Of a stretch of 64,000 nucleotides of DNA, positions 9,778-18,962 are shown one piece after another (positions within the stretch are counted from its first letter, which is position 1; every line of letters starts with the position of its first letter). The DNA lies in contig CAWFOU010000001.1 in the NCBI GenBank assembly GCA_963817525.1, positions 736,001 through 800,000 of the forward strand. The letters run 5' to 3'. The translations under genes were made by a program, and so were the position numbers. This DNA comes from an uncultured archaeon. GTDB taxonomy: Archaea; Thermoproteota; Nitrososphaeria; Nitrososphaerales; Gagatemarchaeaceae. The notes under the pieces are model-generated. The model worked only from the letters and a program-made list of their open reading frames with translations. It did no database searches and was not told the DNA's origin.

Positions 9778-10527
9778 ATGCCTTCCAGCGAGCCCAACGC
9801 GCTTTGGGACGCCCACGTTCACCTCCCGGCATACCCAGACCCGGAGGCGGTGGTTTCCAGCGCCGCGAGGAGGGGGATGCGGCTCGCCTTGGTCTGCGTC
9901 GCCCCGGCCGAGGCGGCACCCAGCCTAGATCTCCGGACGAGGCACCCCAACATCCTGAAGTGCTTCGTGGGAGTGCACCCCTCGGAGGCCGCATCCTCGC
10001 CTCGCGCTCTGGAAGAGCTGTCACCGTTCTGGGATGCCGCCGACGGGGTCGGGGAGGTCGGGCTCGACCCAAAGTATTCCGAGGTCTCCGCTTCGAGCGC
10101 CCAGATGAGGCTGTTTAGGGGGCAGGTGGAGGTCGCGGCGCGGACGAAGAAGCCCATCCAGGTCCACTCGAGGGGAGCGGAGGCCGCCTGCATAGACGTT
10201 CTCGACGGATACCCGATGGGCCCGGTGCTCATGCACTGGTTCGAGGGCGAGGAGGTCATCGGGCGGGTGCTCTCGCGGGCGCGAACCTACGTCTCGTTCG
10301 GGCCGGCCCTACTGTATTCGAAGAAGCTCCAGCGGGTCGCGTTGCGCTGCCCACCTGAGACCGTCCTCGTCGAGAGCGACGGGCCGGTGACCTTCGCCGC
10401 CCTGGGAGGCCCCCAGGGGCCGGGGCTGGTCCCCAGCGTGGCGTTTCGGCTGGCCGAGCTGTGGGGGAGGAGCTTCGACGAGGCCGCCGTGCAGCTCTCC
10501 TCGAACGCGAAGGGCTATTTTGGGTAA
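9778..10527 (+). CDS. tatD: TatD-family nuclease
   Basis: DAHVHL, GVHP, GEVGLD, VHSR, MHWF, VESDGP. Confidence 0.92.
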   Translation: MPSSEPNALWDAHVHLPAYPDPEAVVSSAARRGMRLALVCVAPAEAAPSLDLRTRHPNILKCFVGVHPSEAASSPRALEELSPFWDAADGVGEVGLDPKYSEVSASSAQMRLFRGQVEVAARTKKPIQVHSRGAEAACIDVLDGYPMGPVLMHWFEGEEVIGRVLSRARTYVSFGPALLYSKKLQRVALRCPPETVLVESDGPVTFAALGGPQGPGLVPSVAFRLAELWGRSFDEAAVQLSSNAKGYFG

Positions 10528-10565
10528 AAAGGTTATCTCCACCCTCGCGGGGGGGCCTTCGAGAC

Positions 10566-10811
10566 ATGGACAGAGTTCGCAGGCTATCCCAGGAGATACT
10601 CCAAAAGTACCCCGGGATGTTCGGGACCGATTACACGGCCAACAAGACGCAGCTTGCGAAGATCGCGACCGTCCATTCCAAGATGATACGCAACAAGCTG
10701 GTCGGGAAGATAACCAAGGCAATGATAGCCGCCAACGCGGAGAAGGAGGAGGCCGCGGAGGCAGCCGCGCCGCCGACCGAGCCCGCACAAATCGAAGCAG
10801 AGACGGCGTGA
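10566..10811 (+). CDS. rps17e: 30S ribosomal protein eS17
   Basis: F.TDY..NK...SKMIRNKLVGKIT. Confidence 0.9.
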   Translation: MDRVRRLSQEILQKYPGMFGTDYTANKTQLAKIATVHSKMIRNKLVGKITKAMIAANAEKEEAAEAAAPPTEPAQIEAETA

Positions 10812-10873
10812 CGCCATCCCCTGGCTTCGAGCCCTCGCGCAAGCCATAAACCCGGCCGGCTAGCCGACAGGCA

Positions 10874-11146
10874 GTGGGGACGATGATACACCTGAAGTTC
10901 TTGGGGCACATCAAGACGAGCATGGGCTCCGAGGAGGCCGACGTCCCCGGGGACGGCATCAGCGTGGACGAGCTCTTCGCGCTCCTCCTCTCTGACAAGC
11001 CCGCCCGGCTCGACCACGGGTTCACAAAGTACAACACCCTAGTGGTGATCAACGACGAGGAGGTCGTCTCGGCCTCGGCGCAGAGGGGCAGGCGCCTGCG
11101 GGACGGCGACTCGGTGCTCCTGGTGCCATTCTCGCACGGAGGCTGA
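10874..11146 (+). CDS. MoaD/ThiS/SAMP ubiquitin-like protein
   Basis: Beta-grasp pattern, C-terminal GG. Confidence 0.9.
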   Translation: MGTMIHLKFLGHIKTSMGSEEADVPGDGISVDELFALLLSDKPARLDHGFTKYNTLVVINDEEVVSASAQRGRRLRDGDSVLLVPFSHGG

Positions 11147-11157
11147 GGCGAGGAGAC

Positions 11158-11619
11158 TTGCGAGAGGGCCAGTTCCACTCTGCCTGCTGGGAGGTCGAGG
11201 CCGACCCCGCAGAGATAGAGCCCCTCCTCGCAAAGACGAGGGAGAAGAGCCCCGGGGTCATCCTACAGGTCGTCGGGGCAGAGAGGGCCCCCAACCCGAG
11301 GGCGGTCGAGCTGATCGCCGCCCAGACCCTGAGTGCTACAAGGTCGGGAGCGACGCTCGCCGAGAAGCCCGAGCTAGACCTGCTGCTCCGCCTCGCGGGG
11401 ACGAGGCAGATAGGCGAGGCCTTCGCGAGGGTGGGCTACAAGTCGAGCGCGAAGAGGCTCTTCATGGTCGCCGCGTGCGAGGGTGGTGGGGCAGCGCTGC
11501 GGAGCCTGAGCAAGAGGCTGGCAGGCGACGGGAGGTTCAAGGAGGTACCGCGGACGGAGATGGGCGAGGCCGACCTCGATATGGTGGAGCGCGCGGCACT
11601 TCTTTCCGCCGGGCTCTAG
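11158..11619 (+). CDS. cgi121: KEOPS subunit Cgi121
   Basis: ELDLLLRLAGTRQIGEA. Confidence 0.85.
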   Translation: MREGQFHSACWEVEADPAEIEPLLAKTREKSPGVILQVVGAERAPNPRAVELIAAQTLSATRSGATLAEKPELDLLLRLAGTRQIGEAFARVGYKSSAKRLFMVAACEGGGAALRSLSKRLAGDGRFKEVPRTEMGEADLDMVERAALLSAGL

Positions 11620-12128
11620 GAAGAACGCTTCAGTTTCGTGATGCTCAATATCTCGTCGGGCCTCGCGACCGACATGGCCGTGTACTCGCCGAGGACCTCT
11701 ACGTCGAAGACCTTGTCCGGAGAGTTCAGGTTGACCTTGCGGTCGACGACCCCCGCTATGGTGTCGATGAGCTCCTTCCTTGAGACGGGGGAGTCTCTCT
11801 CAGTGATGTCGATCCTGAAAGACTCCCCTGGAAGGACCTGAGCCGCGATCTGGGCCGCGGCCTCCTTTATCTGCTCGAGGTGGGTGTCCACCACTACGTC
11901 GACAGGGATCAGCCTCTGGATGTAGTGGACCCTGAACGGCTCCGACCTCACATAGTCCCTCATGAAGGCGATGAAGTCCCTCGAGTTCTCTATCTCGATC
12001 TCCAGGATGCCGTCGAACCCGGCCTTTTCGATGTGGAGCTTCCTGTGGCCCCTCTGCAGGGCGATCTCCTTGAACTCGGCGGAGGCCTTCGCCTCGCTCC
12101 CCTTCTGCGAGGTGACCAATAGGTTCAA
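11616..12128 (-). CDS. THUMP-domain RNA-binding protein
   Basis: SFRIDI..R, KVNLNSPDK.F.VEVLG. Confidence 0.85.
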   Translation of the reverse strand: MNLLVTSQKGSEAKASAEFKEIALQRGHRKLHIEKAGFDGILEIEIENSRDFIAFMRDYVRSEPFRVHYIQRLIPVDVVVDTHLEQIKEAAAQIAAQVLPGESFRIDITERDSPVSRKELIDTIAGVVDRKVNLNSPDKVFDVEVLGEYTAMSVARPDEILSITKLKRSS

Positions 12129-12739
12129 GCGCCCAACTCACCCTCCTGAATCCTGACCGACCCCTCCCTTAAAACCTCGACAGTGCCTCCGGAGACTTTT
12201 ACCACCGTCGACTCCTTGCCGTTCAGCTCCCCGCCGTCAATCACGAGCTGCACCCTGCCGCCCAGAGACTTCACCACCTGCGCCGCGGTTCGGCACGAGG
12301 GCTCCCCTGAGAGGTTTGCACTGGTCCCCGTGATCGCGCCGCCTACCTTCCCGGAAAGAGCGAGGCAGACAGGGCTGTCAGGCACCCTCACCCCGAGGAA
12401 CCCGCTCCCCTGGTCCAAGAGGCTCGAGAGGCCGCCCTTCTTCTTGAGCGGGGCGACTATGGTGAGCGCGCCGGGCCAGTGGAGCTCGGCGAGCTTCCGC
12501 GCCACGCCGTTGAGGACCACGAGAGCCTCCGCTGCCGCCGAATCGGTGCACAGCAACGGGACTGGCTTCGCCTGCCGGTCCTTGGCAGCGAAAAGGCGGC
12601 CCACCGCCTTGTCGCTCGTGGGGTCGCAGCCAAGGCCGTATACCGTGTCGGTCGGGATGGCCACCACGCCTCCGTTCTTGACGATGCGTGCCGCCTCGGC
12701 GACCGCCTTGGGCCCCGCGGGGATGCATCGGACTGTCAT
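12125..12739 (-). CDS. tsaC: Threonylcarbamoyl-AMP synthase (TsaC/Sua5 YrdC domain)
   Basis: PTDTVYGL, WPGALT, TSANLSG. Confidence 0.92.
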   Translation of the reverse strand: MTVRCIPAGPKAVAEAARIVKNGGVVAIPTDTVYGLGCDPTSDKAVGRLFAAKDRQAKPVPLLCTDSAAAEALVVLNGVARKLAELHWPGALTIVAPLKKKGGLSSLLDQGSGFLGVRVPDSPVCLALSGKVGGAITGTSANLSGEPSCRTAAQVVKSLGGRVQLVIDGGELNGKESTVVKVSGGTVEVLREGSVRIQEGELGA

Positions 12740-12870
12740 CTGGTCGGCGGTCGTTTCGGGGCGCAGTTAAGCTGTTTGGCCGGTCGGGGGGTCTCGGCGC
12801 GAGGCGCAGGGTCGGGTGCCGGGACTCGATTTATACCCCCTCCCGGACGGAGGCCCTCGGACCGCACCGC

Positions 12871-13545
12871 ATGTCGCCCCGGACATTCATCGTTAACTTC
12901 AAGAACTATCCCGAGGTCATGGGCGAAGGCTCCCTCCGGCTCGCGAAGGCCGCGGCAGGCCTTAGCTGGGAGTTGGGGATCGACGTGGTGGTGGCCCCTC
13001 CCACCCCGATGCTCCACACGGTCGCCTCCACAGTGAAGATCCCGGTCTTCGCGCAGAGGGCGGATCTCGGCGAGCAAGGCAAGAGCACGGGGGCCACGAT
13101 CCCAGAGTCCATCAAGGCGGCCGGGTGCGCGGGCTCCCTCCTGAACCACAGCGAGTCGAGGGTCCCTCTCGAAGTCCTGGGGCAGACCATGGAGAGGATG
13201 AGGGGGATCGGGCTGACGAGCTGCGCCTGCGCCGAGACAACGGAGGAGGCCGTCGCGATAGCCGCCCTGATGCCGGAGTACCTCGCCATAGAGCCCCCCG
13301 AGCTCATCGGGACCGGCAGGGCGGTCTCCAAGGCAAGGCCGGAGCTGCTCACAGAGACCGCCCAGGCGCTCAAGGCCTCGGGGTTCAGGGGAACGCTTCT
13401 CTGCGGGGCGGGGATCGTCACCGCCGACGACGTGGCCGCGGCGATCAGGCTCGGCACTCAGGGGATCCTGGTCGCGAGCAGCGTCGTGAAGGCCCAGGAC
13501 TGGCCCGCCAAGCTCAGGGAGCTCGGCACCGCAATGCACGTCTGA
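12871..13545 (+). CDS. tpiA: Archaeal-type triosephosphate isomerase
   Basis: VNFKNY, LNHSE, IEPPELIG, LCGAGI. Confidence 0.96.
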   Translation: MSPRTFIVNFKNYPEVMGEGSLRLAKAAAGLSWELGIDVVVAPPTPMLHTVASTVKIPVFAQRADLGEQGKSTGATIPESIKAAGCAGSLLNHSESRVPLEVLGQTMERMRGIGLTSCACAETTEEAVAIAALMPEYLAIEPPELIGTGRAVSKARPELLTETAQALKASGFRGTLLCGAGIVTADDVAAAIRLGTQGILVASSVVKAQDWPAKLRELGTAMHV

Positions 13546-13609
13546 TCGCCGACGGCCGCCGACAAGCCGGAAACCTGTAAATACAAACCGGAAGCCCGTC
13601 ACCTCGCAA

Positions 13610-14866
13610 TTGTCCCAAAGGAAGCCCGACGCATTCGCGAACGCCCTGGAGCAGCTCAGGATAGCCGCAGAGGAGCTCAAGCTCGAAGACGGGATACACC
13701 GTCTGCTCCGCGAGCCGAAGAAGGTGATCAGGGTGACATTCCCCGTGAAGATGGACGACGGAAAGACCAGGATATTCAAGGGATACCGGGTGCAATACAA
13801 CGATGCGAGGGGCCCGTTCAAGGGAGGGATCAGGTACCACCCCCAGGTCTCCCTCGACGAGGTGAAGGCGCTCGCTGCCTGGATGACGTGGAAGTGCAGC
13901 ATCGCGGACATCCCGTTCGGCGGGGCCAAGGGAGGGGTGGTCTGCGACCCCAAGCGCATGTCGCAGGGGGAGCTCGAGAGGATGACCCGGAGGTACACGG
14001 CGGCGCTGGGTGACTCCATCGGTCCCGACGTCGACATCCCTGCCCCTGACGTCTACACCAACGCCCAGACGATGGCGTGGATCCTCGACACCTACAGCCA
14101 GATGAGGGGGCGCATGATCCCCGCGGTGGTTACGGGCAAGCCGGTCTCGCTGGGAGGGTCGCTGGGCAGGGAGGCCGCGACGGGGAGGGGGGCGGCCATC
14201 TGCACACGAGAGGCGGCCAAGATCAATAGGCTCACGCTCAAGGGTGCTTCCTTCGCCGTACAGGGATACGGCAACGTGGGCTCGAACTACGCGGTGGTGC
14301 TCGAGGAGCTGGCGGGGTCCAGGATGGTCGCCGTGAGCGACTCAAGGGGCGGGATCTATAACAAGAGGGGTCTTGACGCCAAGAAAGTCCTCGCGCACAA
14401 GGAGAAGACGGGCTCGGTGGTGGGCTTCCCGGGGGCCGAGGAGGTCTCCAACGAGGAGGTCCTGAAGACTGAGTGCGACGTGCTGTGCCCCGGCGCGTTC
14501 GAGAACGTCATCACCTCCGACGTGGCGAAGGGGGTGCGCGCAAAGATGATCATAGAGGCCGCCAACGGCCCGACGACCCCGGAGGCTGACAAGGTCCTCG
14601 ACAAGAACAAGGTCTTCCTCGTGCCCGACATCCTCGCCAACTCGGGTGGCGTGATGGTGAGCTACCTCGAGTGGGTCCAGGACCTCGAGAGGCTCCGCTG
14701 GACCGAGGAGGAGGTGAACAGCATGCTCGAGACCAAGATGACTGGGGCGTTCGCGCAGGTGCACAAGGAGGCGACGTCGAGGGGCGTCTCGATGAGGACA
14801 GGCGCGCTCGTCGTCGGCGTGAGCAGGGTGGCGGACGCGGTGCGGACACTCGGCATCTGGCCGTAA
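13610..14866 (+). CDS. gdhA: Glutamate dehydrogenase
   Basis: GPFKGGIRYHP, GGAKGG, DIPAPDV, QGYGNVG, EAANGP. Confidence 0.96.
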   Translation: MSQRKPDAFANALEQLRIAAEELKLEDGIHRLLREPKKVIRVTFPVKMDDGKTRIFKGYRVQYNDARGPFKGGIRYHPQVSLDEVKALAAWMTWKCSIADIPFGGAKGGVVCDPKRMSQGELERMTRRYTAALGDSIGPDVDIPAPDVYTNAQTMAWILDTYSQMRGRMIPAVVTGKPVSLGGSLGREAATGRGAAICTREAAKINRLTLKGASFAVQGYGNVGSNYAVVLEELAGSRMVAVSDSRGGIYNKRGLDAKKVLAHKEKTGSVVGFPGAEEVSNEEVLKTECDVLCPGAFENVITSDVAKGVRAKMIIEAANGPTTPEADKVLDKNKVFLVPDILANSGGVMVSYLEWVQDLERLRWTEEEVNSMLETKMTGAFAQVHKEATSRGVSMRTGALVVGVSRVADAVRTLGIWP

Positions 14867-14875
14867 GGCCCTCGG

Positions 14876-15901
14876 CTACCTGACCCCAGAGAACGAGTTC
14901 GCTATGGAGTGCAGGTGGGTGTCGACCAGCTTCTGGGCGAGGGCTCCCCCGATCTTGACCGGGACGACCTCGTTGCCCTTGAGCGCGACCATCACCCCGA
15001 ACTTGCCCTGCTTGATCATCTCCGCGGCGGCGACCCCGAACCTGGTGGCGAGGACGCGGTCGTAGGCACTGGGCGCCCCTCCCCTCACTATGTGGCCTAG
15101 CACCACCTCGCGCGTCTCCAGCCCGGTCCTCTTCTCGATCTCCTTGGCGATGAGCTGCCCCACCCCGCCGAGGATCGGGTTCCCGAACGCGTCGACGGCG
15201 CCGCCCTTGGTCACCTTGGTTCCCTTGGCCTTGGCGCCCTCGGCGACGACCACGAGCGAGAACCTTTTCCCGCTCTTCCACCTCTTGGTAAGCGTCTTGC
15301 AGACTTCGGCGATGTCGAAGGGCTTCTCCGGGAGCAGGACGACGTGCGCGCCCGAGGCTATCCCCGCGTATGCGGCGACCCAGCCCGCGTCCCTGCCCAT
15401 CACCTCGACGACGATGACCCTCTCGTGCGACAAGCCCGTCGTCTTGACCCTGTCGATGCACTCCACCGCCACGTTGACCGCGGAGTCGAACCCGAAGGTA
15501 AAGTCGGTGCTAGAGAGGTCGTTGTCCATGGTCTTGGGGACGCCCACCACCTTGATCCCCATCTCGGAGAGCTTGTGGGCGACGCCGAGCGTGTCGTTCC
15601 CGCCTATCGCCACGAGGCAGTCCAGCCCGAGCTTCTTGATGCTCGCGACCACCTTCTCCGGGCCTCCCTCCATCTTGAACGGGTTGGTCCTCGAGGTGAG
15701 GAGGAACGTCCCCCCTACGCCGACGAGCTCGTCTACCATCTCGTAGGTTATCTTCCTGCCTGCCGGCTCGATGAGCCCCTTCCACCCGCGCTCGATGCCG
15801 ACGACCTCGTAGCCGTATTTCTCAGCGCGAGCCACCAGCCCGCGGATCGTGGCGTTCAGGCCTGCGCAGTCCCCGCCGCCCGTCAATACACCGATCTTCA
15901 T
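14876..15901 (-). CDS. pfkA: PfkA-family phosphofructokinase, probably PPi-dependent
   Basis: TGGGDCAG, GGNDT, PKTMDND, EVMGR. Confidence 0.9.
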   Translation of the reverse strand: MKIGVLTGGGDCAGLNATIRGLVARAEKYGYEVVGIERGWKGLIEPAGRKITYEMVDELVGVGGTFLLTSRTNPFKMEGGPEKVVASIKKLGLDCLVAIGGNDTLGVAHKLSEMGIKVVGVPKTMDNDLSSTDFTFGFDSAVNVAVECIDRVKTTGLSHERVIVVEVMGRDAGWVAAYAGIASGAHVVLLPEKPFDIAEVCKTLTKRWKSGKRFSLVVVAEGAKAKGTKVTKGGAVDAFGNPILGGVGQLIAKEIEKRTGLETREVVLGHIVRGGAPSAYDRVLATRFGVAAAEMIKQGKFGVMVALKGNEVVPVKIGGALAQKLVDTHLHSIANSFSGVR

Positions 15902-15954
15902 GGTTTCTAGACGACCGGAGAAAACCGTGCTGTTATAATCGTTAACGTGCCTTC

Positions 15955-16990
15955 AGGCGTGTCGAATAACCCGACGATGCGCCATTTCTCGCCTCCAGGT
16001 CTTTCTGGCCTGCGTCCTCGCTACGGGTTCATCCCCACGAACAGGTTGTAGACGGACGCCTTGAGGAGCAGCTCGTTCACTATGCTGCTCCACTTCACGG
16101 ACGTTATGTGCTCCCCGAACGTCCTCTTGAAGGACGATATCGCGGACTCGACCCTCGCCCTGTTCCCGTACCCGCGCCTCGTCTTCCATCTCTCGTAGTC
16201 TCTCAGCTGCTCCATCGCTACGAGCTTCCTGGGCATGCACCCGTGCGCGTGCATCGAGGCGTTCTTCCTTACCTTGATGACGGGCTCTATCCCCTTGCGG
16301 TCGAGGTACCTGAAGATCTCCCTCGAGTCGTACGCGCCGTCACCCATCGCCCTCGTGACGTTCGCGCTCGACGACGCCCCCTCCACCAGAGGGACGAGCA
16401 TCCTCCCATCAGGGACGTCCTCCTTGGTCACCTCCATCGAGAGTATCTTCCCCGTCTTCACATCGACGGCGAGGTGGGCCTTGATGAACCCCCTCTTCAC
16501 CGCCCACTTCTGCCGTATCCACTCCCCGCGGTTCGAGACCTTGATGCCAGTGGAGTCAACCGCTATGGTGACGTCCTTTTCTGGGTCTACGTCCGGGTCG
16601 AGCTCGATCTTTACTCGCGATATCCTCCACCACATCGTGGTGTAGTCTGGGACCTTGAGGCCTTCTACGTGCCCCGCGAACATCCGGAGGAACCCTTCCA
16701 GCTCCCGGTACGGGAGCAGGTACACGTGGATGGCCGCGAGCATACTCATTAATGAGGCGGGATAGCGGTATCTTGCGCCCTCCTTCCCCTCGTTGAGCTT
16801 CCCTAGTTCTCTGCTCCATCCAGATAAAAAATCGGTGTCGAAGAGGAGCTCTCCCCTCCTCACGAGCGACTCGTTGTACTCCTTCCAGTTGCGCTTCTTC
16901 TTCTCGGGCATGAGAGAGTTGGATTCTCTCAATCCCATGAGAGAGCGGATGAAAGAAGCTTGACAGAGGAGTTAGTTATTCGACACAGTT
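15955..16990 (-). mobile_element. Complete IS5-family insertion sequence
   Basis: Inverted-repeat core GTGTCGAATAAC (15959-15970) / GTTATTCGACAC (16975-16986); 8-bp target duplication GTGCCTTC at 15947-15954 and 16991-16998. Confidence 0.92.
16021..16938 (-). CDS. IS5-family DDE transposase
   Basis: NWKEYNESLVRRGE, VDSTG, GDGAYD, Y..R.RVES..SSFK. Confidence 0.95.
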   Translation of the reverse strand: MGLRESNSLMPEKKKRNWKEYNESLVRRGELLFDTDFLSGWSRELGKLNEGKEGARYRYPASLMSMLAAIHVYLLPYRELEGFLRMFAGHVEGLKVPDYTTMWWRISRVKIELDPDVDPEKDVTIAVDSTGIKVSNRGEWIRQKWAVKRGFIKAHLAVDVKTGKILSMEVTKEDVPDGRMLVPLVEGASSSANVTRAMGDGAYDSREIFRYLDRKGIEPVIKVRKNASMHAHGCMPRKLVAMEQLRDYERWKTRRGYGNRARVESAISSFKRTFGEHITSVKWSSIVNELLLKASVYNLFVGMNP

Positions 16991-17038
16991 GTGCCTTCGG
17001 TTAATTTATATGGTCGGCCTCGGCGCGCCGAGGTCAAC

Positions 17039-17830
17039 ATGAACAACCGAGACTTCGCCGCGCCGTTCCTGAAGAACGGGCGCTGTTTGATCCTGGCGTA
17101 TGACCAGGGGTTGGAGCACGGGCCTACCGAGGACTTCAACGACCGGAACGCCGACCCGGCGTTCATCGTAGACATAGCCAACAAGGGTGGCTACACGGGG
17201 TTAGCGCTTCAGAAGGGGACCGCCGAGAAGTACTACGACGGAAAGACGCCCCTGATACTCAAGCTCAACGGCAAGAGCGTATTGGTGAAGGCCGAGCCCA
17301 TCTCGAGGCAGCACTGCTCGGTAAAGTACGCGCACGAGCTCGGCGCCAAGGGAGTCGGGTACACGATATTCCTCGGCAGCGGGCGCGAGTCGGAGATGGT
17401 CGCCGAATGGGGGCACATCCAGGAGGAGGCCCACGCCCTAGGGATGGGCGCAATCCTTTGGGTCTACCCAAGGGGCACGGGAGTCCCGACGGACACCAAC
17501 CCTGACATCGTGGCCTACGCCGCTCGCGCGGGCCTCGAGTTCGGGGCGGACATCGTCAAGATAAAGTACAGCGGCGACGCGAAGTCCTTCGCTTGGGCGG
17601 TCAAGTGCGCCGGCAAGGCCAAGGTCGTGATGTCGGGAGGGCCCAAGACCCCGACCGACGAGGGATTCCTCTCGCAGGTGAGCGGAACCATCGAGGCCGG
17701 AGGCGCAGGGCTGGCCGTGGGAAGGAACGTCTGGCAGCACCCGGAGCCGCTCAAGATTTCCGAGGCCCTCCGCAAGATCATCTTCGAGACAAAGGCCGTC
17801 ACGCCAGCGATGTCGTCTATCTCGCGATAG
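17039..17830 (+). CDS. fba: Class I (DhnA/archaeal) fructose-bisphosphate aldolase
   Basis: LAYDQGLEHGP, YPRG, GADIVKIKY, AVGRNVWQ. Confidence 0.92.
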   Translation: MNNRDFAAPFLKNGRCLILAYDQGLEHGPTEDFNDRNADPAFIVDIANKGGYTGLALQKGTAEKYYDGKTPLILKLNGKSVLVKAEPISRQHCSVKYAHELGAKGVGYTIFLGSGRESEMVAEWGHIQEEAHALGMGAILWVYPRGTGVPTDTNPDIVAYAARAGLEFGADIVKIKYSGDAKSFAWAVKCAGKAKVVMSGGPKTPTDEGFLSQVSGTIEAGGAGLAVGRNVWQHPEPLKISEALRKIIFETKAVTPAMSSISR

Positions 17831-17897
17831 ACGAGACGACCTCTCTCCTCTCGCGGCCAGGAAGAAAGGATAAAGAGGGAGAGGACTCGGCGAGACT

Positions 17898-18283
17898 TTG
17901 GAGGAGCGAGGCCCTCGAAGATATTCATCATCGACATCGACGGGACCATCTCCGAGCACATCAGGAACGAGGACGGGATAGAGAGGATGAGGGTCGCGAA
18001 GCCCTACCCGGATGTCATCCTGGAGATCAACAAGTGGTACGAGCTGGGGCACTACATCTGCTTCTTCACCGCTCGGACGACCGAGCACGAGCCGGTGACG
18101 CGGGAATGGCTCAAGAAGCACAATGTCTCGTACCACCAGCTCATCATGAACAAGCCGAGGAAGCTCCCTCCGTACACCGAGTACCACTTCATCGACGACG
18201 CGCACGTGAAGGCGACCACCTTCAAGGGAAAGATCACACCCTTCGTAAGGAAGAAGGTGGAGATCGAGGTCTTCGAGGAATAG
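17898..18283 (+). CDS. Small HAD-superfamily phosphatase (start codon unclear)
   Basis: IFIIDIDGT from 17921, FFTAR, MNKPR, FIDD. Confidence 0.75.
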
Positions 18284-18327
18284 CCGCGTATCGCCACCGA
18301 GAGCGTTTTATACTCAAATCCGGCATC

Positions 18328-18639
18328 GTGAAGGGCGTGTCCCTCCCGAAGCTCCAAACGGGGCTTGAAAAACTGGAAGCACAGATTTCCGAGATGCATT
18401 CCGAGGTCAGGCGGATATCGGAGCAGATTCGGACCAACAGGGGCGAGACGAACACGAAGTTCGAGTCCACGGCGCAGGACCAGCAGGCGAAGCATACCGC
18501 CGTCCGGTCCGACCTAGGGGCGGTGCGAGGCGACCTCAACACCATGAGGTCGGAGACTTCGATGAAGCTGAACTCCCTCGAGAAGCGGCTCATGGGGCTC
18601 GAAGAGAGCCTGAAGAGCCTCGAGAAGAGCCTAAAGTGA
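18328..18639 (+). CDS. Coiled-coil hypothetical protein
   Basis: Heptad pattern; TTTTATA box upstream. Confidence 0.55.
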   Translation: MKGVSLPKLQTGLEKLEAQISEMHSEVRRISEQIRTNRGETNTKFESTAQDQQAKHTAVRSDLGAVRGDLNTMRSETSMKLNSLEKRLMGLEESLKSLEKSLK

Positions 18640-18643
18640 GGCT

Positions 18644-18910
18644 CTAGGTCCCGGAGTAGGTTCCCCGGGCCTCGACCGGGGTCAGGCATTCGACCGCGAC
18701 GAAACCGCACCTCACGCAGATGGCCAGGACCTTCGGCACCAGAGAGAGATTCTTGACGTAGTCCCACTCGAGCTTGTCCAGGTCGTCGGGGACGATGACA
18801 GGAGGGTTCTCGAGGAAGTCGAGGTTCGTGCCGCAGTTCGGGCACGCCTTTCCGATGAGGGCGAGGGTGGAACTCGGCTTGCTCCTCTCCGCTGGCTGCT
18901 CGGCTTTCAA
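18644..18910 (-). CDS. Zinc-ribbon hypothetical protein
   Basis: CPNC...CVRC. Confidence 0.65.
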   Translation of the reverse strand: MKAEQPAERSKPSSTLALIGKACPNCGTNLDFLENPPVIVPDDLDKLEWDYVKNLSLVPKVLAICVRCGFVAVECLTPVEARGTYSGT

Positions 18911-18962
18911 CTCGCCCGCCTAGACCGATCTTGCGCCGTCGCGATAAAAAGTTCCGCGGCGA

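Noticed and set aside
16909-16945. CATGAGAGAG direct repeat and short hairpin at the transposase start
   Set aside because: It is internal to the IS and too short to interpret.
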